A stretch of 64,000 nucleotides of DNA from Candidatus Bathyarchaeota archaeon (GTDB taxonomy: Archaea; Thermoproteota; Bathyarchaeia; Bathyarchaeales; Bathycorpusculaceae): NCBI GenBank assembly GCA_963772455.1, contig CAVYXJ010000007.1, positions 288,001 to 352,000 on the forward strand. The letters run 5' to 3'. Positions 26,222-35,272 of the stretch are shown one piece after another. The notes under the pieces are model-generated. The model searched no databases, had not been told where the DNA came from, and saw nothing but the letters and a program-made list of their open reading frames with translations. The first letter of the stretch is position 1. Every line of letters begins with the position of its first letter. The translations under genes and the position numbers were made by a program.

Positions 26222-27775
26222 ATGTCTAAAATGGATTTAACCGTTGAAGTTCTAATGATCACCACGGGCGGAAGCAGAATCGCTCTTCTTAGTGAACAAA
26301 GTGCGAACCTTTTAGGTGTACATAGCTCCGATAGAATAAAAATTTCTTTCAAAAACCAAGAGATGATTGCTATCGCAAATATCGCTGATTATTTCCCTCC
26401 AAATCGTATTGGACTTTACCGAGAAACTATTGCTGCCCTTGGGGTTAAAGAGGCTGATTCGGTTAAGGTTGAGTTGGCGGCACTTCCCGAATCGCTATTC
26501 AATATTCGCGCTAAGTTACATGGGGAACGATTGCTTGAGAAAGATATTGTAGCTATTGTAAAGGACGTGGTTGAGAGGCACTTGAGTACGGTTGAAATCG
26601 CTGCATTCCTTACTGCATTAAGTATTCATGGTTTAAGCACAGGCGAAACTGAAGCTTTGTCTAGAGCAATGATTTCTACAGGCAGAACGATTGATTTTGG
26701 CGAAGGACCTATCCTTGACAAACACAGTGTAGGAGGAATCCCGGGCGACAAAACCAGCATGCTCGTTGTACCTATCGTTGCAGCTGCAGGATTCACCATT
26801 CCGAAAACTTCTTCACGAGCAATAACTTCGCCAGCTGGCACGGCAGACAGAGTTGAGACTCTCTGCCCAGTTAATCTATCTATAAAAGAAATTAAAGAAG
26901 TCGTTGCAAAAACTAACGGATGCCTAGTCTGGGGTGGCTCATTGGAGCTTGCGCCAGCCGACGATCTTTTTATCCAAGTTGAATACCCTCTGGGAATTGA
27001 CCCCATGCTTTTACCCTCAATTCTAAGCAAGAAAAAAGCCATCGGAGCTACACATGTAGTCATAGACATTCCAACTGGAATGGGAGCAAAAATCAAAACT
27101 CGAACAGAAGCTTACACTTTAGCTTCGGACTTTGTAGATTTAGGCAAACGTCTAGGATTAAACATTCAATGCGCCCTTACTTACGGTGAACAACCTCTGG
27201 GCTGCGGTATCGGACCAGCTTTGGAAGCACGGGAAGCTCTGACTACTCTAATGGGTGAAGGTCCTCCTGATTTGCGAGAAAAAGCAGTTAGCCTTGCAAG
27301 CATGCTTTTTGAAATGGTAGGCGTGGAAAATCCGCGTCGAATGGCTGAAGACATGATTGATTCAGGTAAAGCAATGAAAAAAATGCGGGAAATTATTGAG
27401 GCTCAGGGAGGCGATCCAACGATCAAGCCTGAAGATCTACCAGTGGGACCTGAGTCGGTTAAAGTGCGATCTCAACATGCTGGCAAAGTGCTGTGGCTTA
27501 GCACGGATGACATTGTAAGGATTGCTCGTGAAGCTGGAGCACCTAAAGAAAAAGGTGCAGGTGTAGTTTTGCATGCAAAGTTGGGTGGCGACGTTCATAA
27601 AAATGGTGTGTTATTTGAAATTTATGCGGAAAGATCAAGCAAATTGGAATCTGCGTTAGAGCTTGCCGGACAATTGTCGCCAATCGTACTTAGCAAGAAG
27701 CCTGAAGAAAAAATGATTCTAGACAAAGTACCAGAAAAAATAACGCATGAAAAAGCGTTTATGTTAGACAGATAA
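26222..27775 (+). CDS. deoA: AMP phosphorylase
   Basis: DKHSVGGIPGDKT, PKTSSRAITSPAGTAD, GIGPALEA and AGAPKEKGAG motifs. Confidence 0.95.
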   Translation: MSKMDLTVEVLMITTGGSRIALLSEQSANLLGVHSSDRIKISFKNQEMIAIANIADYFPPNRIGLYRETIAALGVKEADSVKVELAALPESLFNIRAKLHGERLLEKDIVAIVKDVVERHLSTVEIAAFLTALSIHGLSTGETEALSRAMISTGRTIDFGEGPILDKHSVGGIPGDKTSMLVVPIVAAAGFTIPKTSSRAITSPAGTADRVETLCPVNLSIKEIKEVVAKTNGCLVWGGSLELAPADDLFIQVEYPLGIDPMLLPSILSKKKAIGATHVVIDIPTGMGAKIKTRTEAYTLASDFVDLGKRLGLNIQCALTYGEQPLGCGIGPALEAREALTTLMGEGPPDLREKAVSLASMLFEMVGVENPRRMAEDMIDSGKAMKKMREIIEAQGGDPTIKPEDLPVGPESVKVRSQHAGKVLWLSTDDIVRIAREAGAPKEKGAGVVLHAKLGGDVHKNGVLFEIYAERSSKLESALELAGQLSPIVLSKKPEEKMILDKVPEKITHEKAFMLDR

Positions 27776-27785
27776 AAGTGGGCAT

Positions 27786-28160
27786 TTACCTTGCAATTGC
27801 CCCACCAATTAAACCGCCAATCGCTGAAATCACTGTGACAAGAACGCCCAAAATAAGAATAATAATTCCAAGAGCTAATCCCGCTAAGCCGCCGAATAGA
27901 ACACCAAGGAAACCATGTACGAGTCCGCCTGCCACTATAAAGCCCAAAAAAGCCAAAATTGCCAATGCAATGGAACTAAAGATGCCAGAGAGCAAACCCG
28001 CAATTGCGCCACCCACTATTCCTCTTGCAATAAGCCCAGCAACTATTCCCCCGATGAAGCCACCAAGAATATAACCGATGCCAGGATAAATTATGCTAAG
28101 AATTACCGTTATAATGAAGCCAACTAGTACACCAAATCCGATGCTACCCAAAGTTTTCAC
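27786..28160 (-). CDS. Gly-rich small membrane protein (DUF5518-like)
   Basis: Glycine-zipper hydrophobic helices. Confidence 0.7.
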   Translation of the reverse strand: MKTLGSIGFGVLVGFIITVILSIIYPGIGYILGGFIGGIVAGLIARGIVGGAIAGLLSGIFSSIALAILAFLGFIVAGGLVHGFLGVLFGGLAGLALGIIILILGVLVTVISAIGGLIGGAIAR

Positions 28161-28200
28161 TTACCCTTGCATAGAAAAAGAAAAAATAAAAAGATTCGCC

Positions 28201-28899
28201 TTATCGTGACCTTGAATTACGCACCTTAGGCTCAAGAAGCGTCCATAACCATTCAGCAAATTCTTGAAGATTCTTTGTTTGGATATAGACATCTCCTGGA
28301 CCAGTGATTTGTGTAACTAATCCTTCGCCGCCAAGCAATGTTTCTTTTAAGCCACCGAACCCCGTGACTTTATAGCTGCACGTTTCGCTGAAGCCAACCA
28401 AGTGAAAATTGTCTACAATTAGAGTTTGACCAGGCTGCAAAGTATGAGTATCGATTGCACCGAAAGTATTGATGAACATTTGTCCGCTTCCATTTGCTCT
28501 AAGCATGAATAATCCTTGTCCGAAGAGTCCTTTTGTGAATCCTTCCCATTTCACATCTAGATCTATTCCCTGTGTTGAAGCTATGTATGCAGATTTCTGT
28601 ATAACATAACCATTCCCAGGCGCAATATCCAATTGCTTTATGTCACCGACTGGAGCAGCTACAAAACCAGCTTCCCCAGCTCCACTAGTGCAAGTATAAT
28701 CGTTTACCCAGAAAGATTGCCCCCCGATAAGGCTTAAACCCAACGTTCCAAGAAGACTCTTTTCTCTTTTGCGAGTATGAACTTCAATGTTTGGAGTCAT
28801 ATAGGTCATAGCGCCTGCTTCAGCTGTGATACTTTCGCCTTGATCAAAATTCACAACCAACAGGGCATACGAGGGTTTATACTTAACATCAAATTTCAT
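28201..28899 (-). CDS. TIGR00266/AIM24 family protein
   Basis: AEAGAM, GGQSFW.N, GQGLF...GSG, VDNFH and GGEGLV...GPG.V..QT motifs. Confidence 0.9.
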   Translation of the reverse strand: MKFDVKYKPSYALLVVNFDQGESITAEAGAMTYMTPNIEVHTRKREKSLLGTLGLSLIGGQSFWVNDYTCTSGAGEAGFVAAPVGDIKQLDIAPGNGYVIQKSAYIASTQGIDLDVKWEGFTKGLFGQGLFMLRANGSGQMFINTFGAIDTHTLQPGQTLIVDNFHLVGFSETCSYKVTGFGGLKETLLGGEGLVTQITGPGDVYIQTKNLQEFAEWLWTLLEPKVRNSRSR

Positions 28900-28995
28900 A
28901 GTTTTTACTTCCTTACTTGCGTTACTTATAAAAGATGGATATGCGAGTTTCTTATAAAACTTAAGTTTAGGGCAATTATAGGCTTGGCAAAAAAA

Positions 28996-29682
28996 ATGGG
29001 CGGTAAAGTTTGGACAATACTAAAGAAAATATTCAGTTTAGCGTTAATCTTCAACGCCCTCATAACTATAGCCGTAGTTGCGGGGATCCTGTATGGTTTT
29101 TACCGGGCTAATTACGCTTGGAAACCATTTGCGCCCTATTTGATCGAAGGTAACTTGTTTTGGTTTGCAATTGCAGCGGGTATGATTAACATTTTTCCCA
29201 GTGCATGCATCGGTCGCGCTTTGCATACAGGGCGATTCTTGTTTCATCACTACGTTTACGGTTCTTTAGTTCTTTTATTCGCATGTTTGTTTGTTGTGTT
29301 TTTTACCCCAGTTTCTTTAATCTACATTTTCCTAATAACTTCAAGTGACTTGGCGATCAATGTCGGGCGCTTCTTTATTTTAGCAGGGTTAACTCTGCTG
29401 TTCGACGATTTGCCTGATGTTTCAGAACGAATTGAATCCATGTTGAACTGGGTAAAAACCAAAGCCTGCCAGGCAAAAAAACCTCTCCATGCACTTCAAT
29501 TAGTAACAGGGTTGGTTTCGCTCTATCTTTTAATTTCCGTTTCAATTACTACAACATTAAACCCTGAACGGATCGTAAACAATATTTTCTTAATCGCCAC
29601 CCTACTTGTAACAGTCATCACATCTCTTGCTCTAGTAAAAAGAAAAGCGTGGCTAAAAATTACACCCCCTAATTGCAATTAA
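28996..29682 (+). CDS. Multi-TM membrane protein
   Basis: About 7 hydrophobic helices and an FHHYVYG motif; start moved to the ATG at 28996 to avoid overlap. Confidence 0.7.
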   Translation: MGGKVWTILKKIFSLALIFNALITIAVVAGILYGFYRANYAWKPFAPYLIEGNLFWFAIAAGMINIFPSACIGRALHTGRFLFHHYVYGSLVLLFACLFVVFFTPVSLIYIFLITSSDLAINVGRFFILAGLTLLFDDLPDVSERIESMLNWVKTKACQAKKPLHALQLVTGLVSLYLLISVSITTTLNPERIVNNIFLIATLLVTVITSLALVKRKAWLKITPPNCN

Positions 29683-30395
29683 TGCTTTTGTCTGATGAGT
29701 TCTTTTCCAATAGTTTCTAATTGTTCACGAGATAAACGTCGAGAACTGCTAAACCCTACGATATGATTGGGCACTTGCGAAAGTTTGAGAATGGGAACTG
29801 TTGGATTGCTAACATGGAGGGTTGAACGATTGTTAGTTAGAACCACTATACCTTCAACCCAGATGCCCAATGATCTCAGATTCTGATTGTTTTCAATTAT
29901 TTGTTTTATTTTTGCAGCGTTTCGTTTAACTTGACGACTTGGGCTTCCTGAAAAATTGCGCTTTCCACCTCGTTCCCACTCGTCGCCTCTACAAGATATA
30001 GTTCCGCTCCAGTTCTTAGTCTCCAAAACAAAAACGCCATTGGGTCCCAAAACGATGTGATCAATGTCTCCTCCACCTTTACCTAGGTACAGATCGTTTA
30101 AGAGGTAATAATCATCGCCCAAACTGTGAGTTAGGAGATCAGAGACTTGTTTTTCGCCAACCCAGCCACCTCTGTAAATTTGGTACTTATGGAGGTAAAA
30201 GTAAAAAGCTACAAATGGAATAATCAAGAAAATTAATCCAACCTCCTCTAAAATGCCTACTTGAAGGTTGGATAAGATTCGATATATTAAAAGAGCAAAA
30301 AAAGCCGCAAACACAATTGCACTGAGCGTTGCTTTGGCAAGGTTTTTCCAAACTTGATTTTTAAGGTAGCTGCTGGAGCCTTTAATTTTTCGCAT
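29679..30395 (-). CDS. NERD-domain nuclease-like protein with two N-terminal TM helices
   Basis: G..GE, DIDHIVLGPNGVFVLETKNWSG and SPSRQ motifs. Confidence 0.88.
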   Translation of the reverse strand: MRKIKGSSSYLKNQVWKNLAKATLSAIVFAAFFALLIYRILSNLQVGILEEVGLIFLIIPFVAFYFYLHKYQIYRGGWVGEKQVSDLLTHSLGDDYYLLNDLYLGKGGGDIDHIVLGPNGVFVLETKNWSGTISCRGDEWERGGKRNFSGSPSRQVKRNAAKIKQIIENNQNLRSLGIWVEGIVVLTNNRSTLHVSNPTVPILKLSQVPNHIVGFSSSRRLSREQLETIGKELIRQKH

Positions 30396-30426
30396 CGATT
30401 TAGATTGCGCTTGAAGCTATATTACA

Positions 30427-31851
30427 CTATTTCTTGTTAGTTAGGTATTCATGCATGGCTTTGGCTGCGCGTTTACCTGCGCCCATTGCACTGATGACAG
30501 TGGCTGCGCCTGTTGCAACGTCTCCTCCTGCGTAAACTCCATCTAAACTGGTCTTTCCGACTTCGTTAACGCATATAGTTCCGCGTTTTGGATCGCTTTG
30601 TAATCCGCCTGTTGTGCTTTGGATGATTGGGTTAGGGGTTTGTCCAATTGCGATTATAACAGTGTCGACATCCATGGTGAATTCGCTGCCTGGAACTTCT
30701 CTAACTCCTCTTCTGCCTTTTGCGTCTGGTTCAGTTAGTTCCATTGCGATAACTTTCATGGCTTTAACCCAACCTTTCTCGTCGCCATAGAACTCCATTG
30801 GTGCAGCAAGGAATTTGCAGACTAAGCCTTCTTCTTCTGCATTTTCAATTTCTTCAAGGCGCGCTGGCAATTCATTTCGTGAACGTCGATAAAGCAAGCA
30901 TACTTCACTGCCCAGTCGCATACTGCTTCTTGCACAGTCCATAGCAACGTTTCCTCCGCCGATAACCACGACTTTTTTGCCTAAACGTATTGGAGTGTCG
31001 TATTCTGGAAAAAGATATGCTTTCATGAGGTTAACGCGGATGAGGAATTCATTGGCACTAAAGATTCCTCCAAGGTTTTCCCCTGGGCATCCTGTGAACT
31101 GAGGTAAGCCTGCACCGCTCCCGATGAATACTGCGTCATAACCATTCTTCATAAGCTCAGGAATAGTATGTATTCTACCAATTAGGTTGCCAAGACGAAG
31201 GTCAACGCCTAGATTCTGGACGTAATTAACTTCACCTTGCACAATTGCCTTTGGTAAACGAAACTCTGGGATACCATAAGAAAGCACTCCGCCGCCAACG
31301 TGCAACGCTTCGAACATCGTTATTTTGTGACCGAGCTTAACAAGGTCAGCTGCAACTGTCAAACCTGCTGGACCTGCACCCACAACTGCTACTTTCTTGC
31401 CTGTATCAGGAGCTTTTGGTGGAAGTTGGGAGCCATTGTTTCTTTCCCAGTCTGCAAGGAAACGCTCTAAACGTCCAATGCTAATTGGGTCACCCATCTT
31501 GCCGATAACGCATTTGCTTTGACACTGCACTTCTTGTGGACAAACACGTCCGCAAACAGCAGGCAATGCATTTTTGGACTTAATAGCAGCTATACCTTCT
31601 GCATATTTCTTTTCTTTTATGCATTTGACAAATGTTGGAATAGGAACTTCTACTGGACAACCAGTTCTACATAGTGGATTGGGGCAGCAAAGACACCTAC
31701 TTGCTTCTTCTTGGGCTTCTGCTTCAGTATAACCTAATGCAACTTCACTGAAATTTTTAGCACGAACTTTAGGCTCTTGCTTAGCCATCTCTACTGCTTT
31801 CTTATTCAACTTTGGTTTAGGCTTTGTTTCTGCCACACTTGCAACCTCCAT
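30427..31851 (-). CDS. nfnB: NfnB/SudA (GltD-like) flavoprotein large subunit
   Basis: EASRCLCC, CGRVCPQE, IGRLERF, GAGPAGL, GGGNVAMD and AGGD motifs. Confidence 0.9.
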   Translation of the reverse strand: MEVASVAETKPKPKLNKKAVEMAKQEPKVRAKNFSEVALGYTEAEAQEEASRCLCCPNPLCRTGCPVEVPIPTFVKCIKEKKYAEGIAAIKSKNALPAVCGRVCPQEVQCQSKCVIGKMGDPISIGRLERFLADWERNNGSQLPPKAPDTGKKVAVVGAGPAGLTVAADLVKLGHKITMFEALHVGGGVLSYGIPEFRLPKAIVQGEVNYVQNLGVDLRLGNLIGRIHTIPELMKNGYDAVFIGSGAGLPQFTGCPGENLGGIFSANEFLIRVNLMKAYLFPEYDTPIRLGKKVVVIGGGNVAMDCARSSMRLGSEVCLLYRRSRNELPARLEEIENAEEEGLVCKFLAAPMEFYGDEKGWVKAMKVIAMELTEPDAKGRRGVREVPGSEFTMDVDTVIIAIGQTPNPIIQSTTGGLQSDPKRGTICVNEVGKTSLDGVYAGGDVATGAATVISAMGAGKRAAKAMHEYLTNKK

Positions 31852-32662
31852 TCATTTCCGACAATACTGAACTTAACCTTTCTTCGGGAAGCATCGTTCG
31901 CTGACGTATGATTAACTCATCAAAATCTGTCTTGTGACCGTCAAATTCTGGACCATCCACGCATCCGAACTTCATTTTGCCATCGACTGTAACTCGACAT
32001 ACTCCGCACATGCCCATGCCATCAATCATAATTGGCGTTAAAGTCACAATTGTTGGGATATTGTAGGGCTTGGTGATTTCGCTGACGTCTTTCATCAGGA
32101 TTACTGGACCCATAACTATGCATCGATCGAACTTTTCGGTCTTTAGCAGTTCTTTGAGAAAATCTAAGCCCTTGTAACCTTTTGTGCCGTCGTCTGTTGC
32201 AATATAGACTTTTTCGCTTAGGGCTTTAGCTTCGTTCTCCATCATGATGAACTCTTTGGTACGTGCCCCGAGAACTGTGGTTACTTTGTTACCTGCTTCT
32301 TTCATGGCTTTAGCCTGCAATAGAAGTGGTGCAATCATTATGCTTCCGCCCACACACAGGACTTTGCCGAAGTTTTTCACTTCAGATGGGTTTCCAAGTG
32401 GACCAGTAACGTTGTCGATGCATTCGCCTTGGTTTAACATTCCTAAGTCTTTGGTGGTTTTGCCGACTTCATGGAAAGCAAATGAAACCGTTCCCTTTGC
32501 TGCGTTGTACCCGGAGATTGTTAAGGGAATGCGTTCGCCAGTTTTCCCGTGTATGACAATTAGGAATTGGCCAGCGTGCGATTGAGCGGCAACATCTGGA
32601 GCATCAACTTCAAACAGTTTAATTTTCGGAACAAGTTCTTTTTTACTTATTATTTTGTACGT
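31817..32662 (-). CDS. nfnA: NfnA/SudB small subunit (FAD, [2Fe-2S]); open frame begins ACG-TAC, 281 codons
   Basis: Frame extends upstream of the ORF-track start through YKIISKKEL...AGQF...GERIPLTI...EVGKTT; DGMGMCGVCRV and CVDGPEFDG motifs. Confidence 0.88.
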   Translation of the reverse strand, partial: TYKIISKKELVPKIKLFEVDAPDVAAQSHAGQFLIVIHGKTGERIPLTISGYNAAKGTVSFAFHEVGKTTKDLGMLNQGECIDNVTGPLGNPSEVKNFGKVLCVGGSIMIAPLLLQAKAMKEAGNKVTTVLGARTKEFIMMENEAKALSEKVYIATDDGTKGYKGLDFLKELLKTEKFDRCIVMGPVILMKDVSEITKPYNIPTIVTLTPIMIDGMGMCGVCRVTVDGKMKFGCVDGPEFDGHKTDFDELIIRQRTMLPEERLSSVLSEMNGGCKCGRNKA

Positions 32663-33873
32663 TTTGCAGTCGCCTCCACAGCTACTTCACGTTTTGGTAA
32701 ATTACATATTTTTTTGTGGAATTCATCGAGTTTTGCCTCGAATTCTCCAGCGCATCTGGGTGATTCCTCATAGAGTTCAAATCGATCGAGCAAACCCAGT
32801 TTCTTTAGTGAAACTTGCAGTGCAGCAACGTTGCGCTCTGCTGCATTTCTTCCTTCTTGAAGCTTGCAATCTTTAGCCGAGCAGACAACGCCCATGACAC
32901 CGTCGAATCCACAGTTTAATGCATTGATAATGTGTACGGGATCGAGTGATTTGAAGCATGGAACTTCAAGTGCTAAGACGTTTTTGCCTTCGAAAGCTTT
33001 GTTCGGGTTATCAAGAGCTGAGAACTCAGACCATTGGCATACAAATGCGAGCACCGCTGGTCCTTTGTTTTTAGCTGTTAACTGTGCAAGTGATTTGCCG
33101 TATCGATCAATTACATCTTCAAACTCGAAGCCTTTCACCTGTATAGCGTGATGTGGACAAACCAGTTGGCATGCGCCACAGCCGGTGCATTTTTCTTCAT
33201 TCACCTTGGGGGTTCCAAAAGATTCGAATTCGAGTGCACCATATGGGCAAATGAAGATGCATTTGTCGCATCCAACACATGCTTGTACGTCATAAACTGC
33301 TTTGCGAGAGAACTTTACAACCTTAACTGTATTCTCATCATAACCTAACTGTTTTAGAACGTTGCGTGCAAGAACCAGTCTTCGAGTGTTAATTTTTGTG
33401 CCTTCTTTATAGCGACAGAAGGGATCTTCACATTGAATCGAAACAATATTTTTAACGCCAGAGTTTAAGGCTTCAAAAACAAAGTCTGTTGGAACACGAC
33501 CTGCACATGGCAAACGCAACGCCATGTATTTTTCAACTTTCAATCCTTGTTCTTTCAGGATGTCTTGGACTTCCCCTGTGGAAGGCGAGTTTCCTCGGCA
33601 CATCAAGACAAGTGTGTCAACATTTTTGGCTTTAACCTGTGCCTTTTCAAGGAATTCTGTGAGGTTATCATAAGTGTAATATTGCATTTTTATGGCTGCA
33701 GATGGGCAAGCGCTATAGCATATGCCGCAAACTTGGCAATCTTGACTGTTAATTTCAACTTTGCCGGTTGAATCTGCTTTTATAGCTTCGTATGGGCAGA
33801 TTGATTTGCAGACATAACATCGACTGCACAAGTCTTGATCGATTTCGACTACAGCGAGACATTTTTCACTCAT
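32650..33873 (-). CDS. Tandem (2x[4Fe-4S] ferredoxin + MvhD/FlpD-like domain)x2 protein
   Basis: Four CxxCxxCxxxCP motifs; two MvhD-like units (LMC...LPCAGRV...QC...C and FVCQW...VPC...GFDGV...C...C). Confidence 0.85.
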   Translation of the reverse strand: MSEKCLAVVEIDQDLCSRCYVCKSICPYEAIKADSTGKVEINSQDCQVCGICYSACPSAAIKMQYYTYDNLTEFLEKAQVKAKNVDTLVLMCRGNSPSTGEVQDILKEQGLKVEKYMALRLPCAGRVPTDFVFEALNSGVKNIVSIQCEDPFCRYKEGTKINTRRLVLARNVLKQLGYDENTVKVVKFSRKAVYDVQACVGCDKCIFICPYGALEFESFGTPKVNEEKCTGCGACQLVCPHHAIQVKGFEFEDVIDRYGKSLAQLTAKNKGPAVLAFVCQWSEFSALDNPNKAFEGKNVLALEVPCFKSLDPVHIINALNCGFDGVMGVVCSAKDCKLQEGRNAAERNVAALQVSLKKLGLLDRFELYEESPRCAGEFEAKLDEFHKKICNLPKREVAVEATAKRTK

Positions 33874-33978
33874 TTTGAAACCTCTTTTTACGCTTTTGCG
33901 CTGTTACCTTAATGCTTTGCTTGATAGCTTAAGCTAATCGGAAGCGAAAAGTGTTAAGAATATTATAATCCTTTCTCT

Positions 33979-34911
33979 TTATTTTTTGTAATACGGTCGT
34001 CTAATGTAACTATAGGCTTCCAACGCGGCAGTGATGCCTTGTCCTACAGCTGTTCCCACTTGCTTGATTGGGTGATTAGTTACATCGCCAGCTGCAAAAA
34101 CTCCCGGAAGATTTGTATGTTGATGAATATCGATTTTGATATAACCGTGCTCGTCCGTTTCGACACCGCTGGCTTTGGCGATTTGACTATTAGGTGCTTC
34201 ACCGACCTGCACAAAAACCGCATCAACTACTAATTCACTTGTTTGCTTGGTAACGTTATCGATTATAGTTACGGTTCTTACTTGTTTATCCCCTTTAATT
34301 TCTTGAATCTCGGAGTTCCAAAGTGTTGTTACATTGCCCTTAGCTGCTATATCAGTCACCAACGATTCTTCTGCCCTGAAAGCTCCCCGTCTATGAATCA
34401 CAGTGACTTGTCCAGCAAGACCTGAAAGATAAAGTGTAGTAATGCAAGCCGAGTTTCCACCACCGACTACAAGCACTTTTTTTCCCTTAAAAAATGGCCC
34501 GTCGCATACACCACAATAGCTCACCCCTCTTCCGCGGAACTCTTTTTCGCCTTTAACCCCAACTTCCTTGTAATGTGAACCCATCGAAAAAATTATTGCA
34601 CTAGCTTCATAGGATGCATTTGAAGTTTTTACAATTTTCTTTTCGCCAGTAAGATCCAATTCGGTAACGGGCTCTAATTCGTGAATGACTGCGCCGACTT
34701 TTTTGCAGTGATTAGTCATTTTTTCTGCAAGCTCTCCACCGCTTATCTCCGCGAACCCAGGGTAATTAACCACAATTGAGGCATCTGAGATTGTGCCGCC
34801 TGGTAATTTTTCATCTAAAATTAATGTTTTTAATCCGCTACGAACTGTATATATTCCAGCTGATAAGCCAGCGGAGCCTGCACCAATAATTATGACATCC
34901 CAGTTCTCCAT
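33979..34911 (-). CDS. trxB: Thioredoxin reductase
   Basis: GAGSAGLSAG, GRGVSYCGVCDG, GGGNSA, HRR and FAAGDV motifs. Confidence 0.95.
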   Translation of the reverse strand: MENWDVIIIGAGSAGLSAGIYTVRSGLKTLILDEKLPGGTISDASIVVNYPGFAEISGGELAEKMTNHCKKVGAVIHELEPVTELDLTGEKKIVKTSNASYEASAIIFSMGSHYKEVGVKGEKEFRGRGVSYCGVCDGPFFKGKKVLVVGGGNSACITTLYLSGLAGQVTVIHRRGAFRAEESLVTDIAAKGNVTTLWNSEIQEIKGDKQVRTVTIIDNVTKQTSELVVDAVFVQVGEAPNSQIAKASGVETDEHGYIKIDIHQHTNLPGVFAAGDVTNHPIKQVGTAVGQGITAALEAYSYIRRPYYKK

Positions 34912-35272
34912 AAATAAGTCATCTCTTTATGGTGAATAGTTGGCGAAGAAGTTTATGAATTGTTCGTCTACTTTGGTCAGTTATTTCAAAATGGCTATAA
35001 TGTTTTCTAGTAAGACCATCTTATTAGAAGTTGCAACTGATCTTTTCCAACTACTTTTCAAAAACTGTGGAAATAACCCCGATTAAAAAAAACCAGCTTA
35101 AATCAACAAAACAAAAGAGTTGTTGTTGCTGCTGTTGCAACTCACTCCCAGCACAGCAGTTGCAACAATCACTCCAACAAAATATTCGAACTTAGATATG
35201 CCTCTTAATTCCAATAAGCTGATAAGCCCGAAATCAATTAAATTTCTAACAAGTATTTTTGAAGGGTTTGTT

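Noticed and set aside
30427-31851. Glutamate synthase small subunit
   Set aside because: No large subunit nearby; pairing with an NfnA/SudB gene indicates Nfn/Sud
35120-35272. Signal-peptide-like N-terminal extension on the rubredoxin fusion
   Set aside because: It derives from an upstream TTG in the repeat-containing spacer; the rubredoxin domain begins at the ATG at 35273 (MAKYRC)
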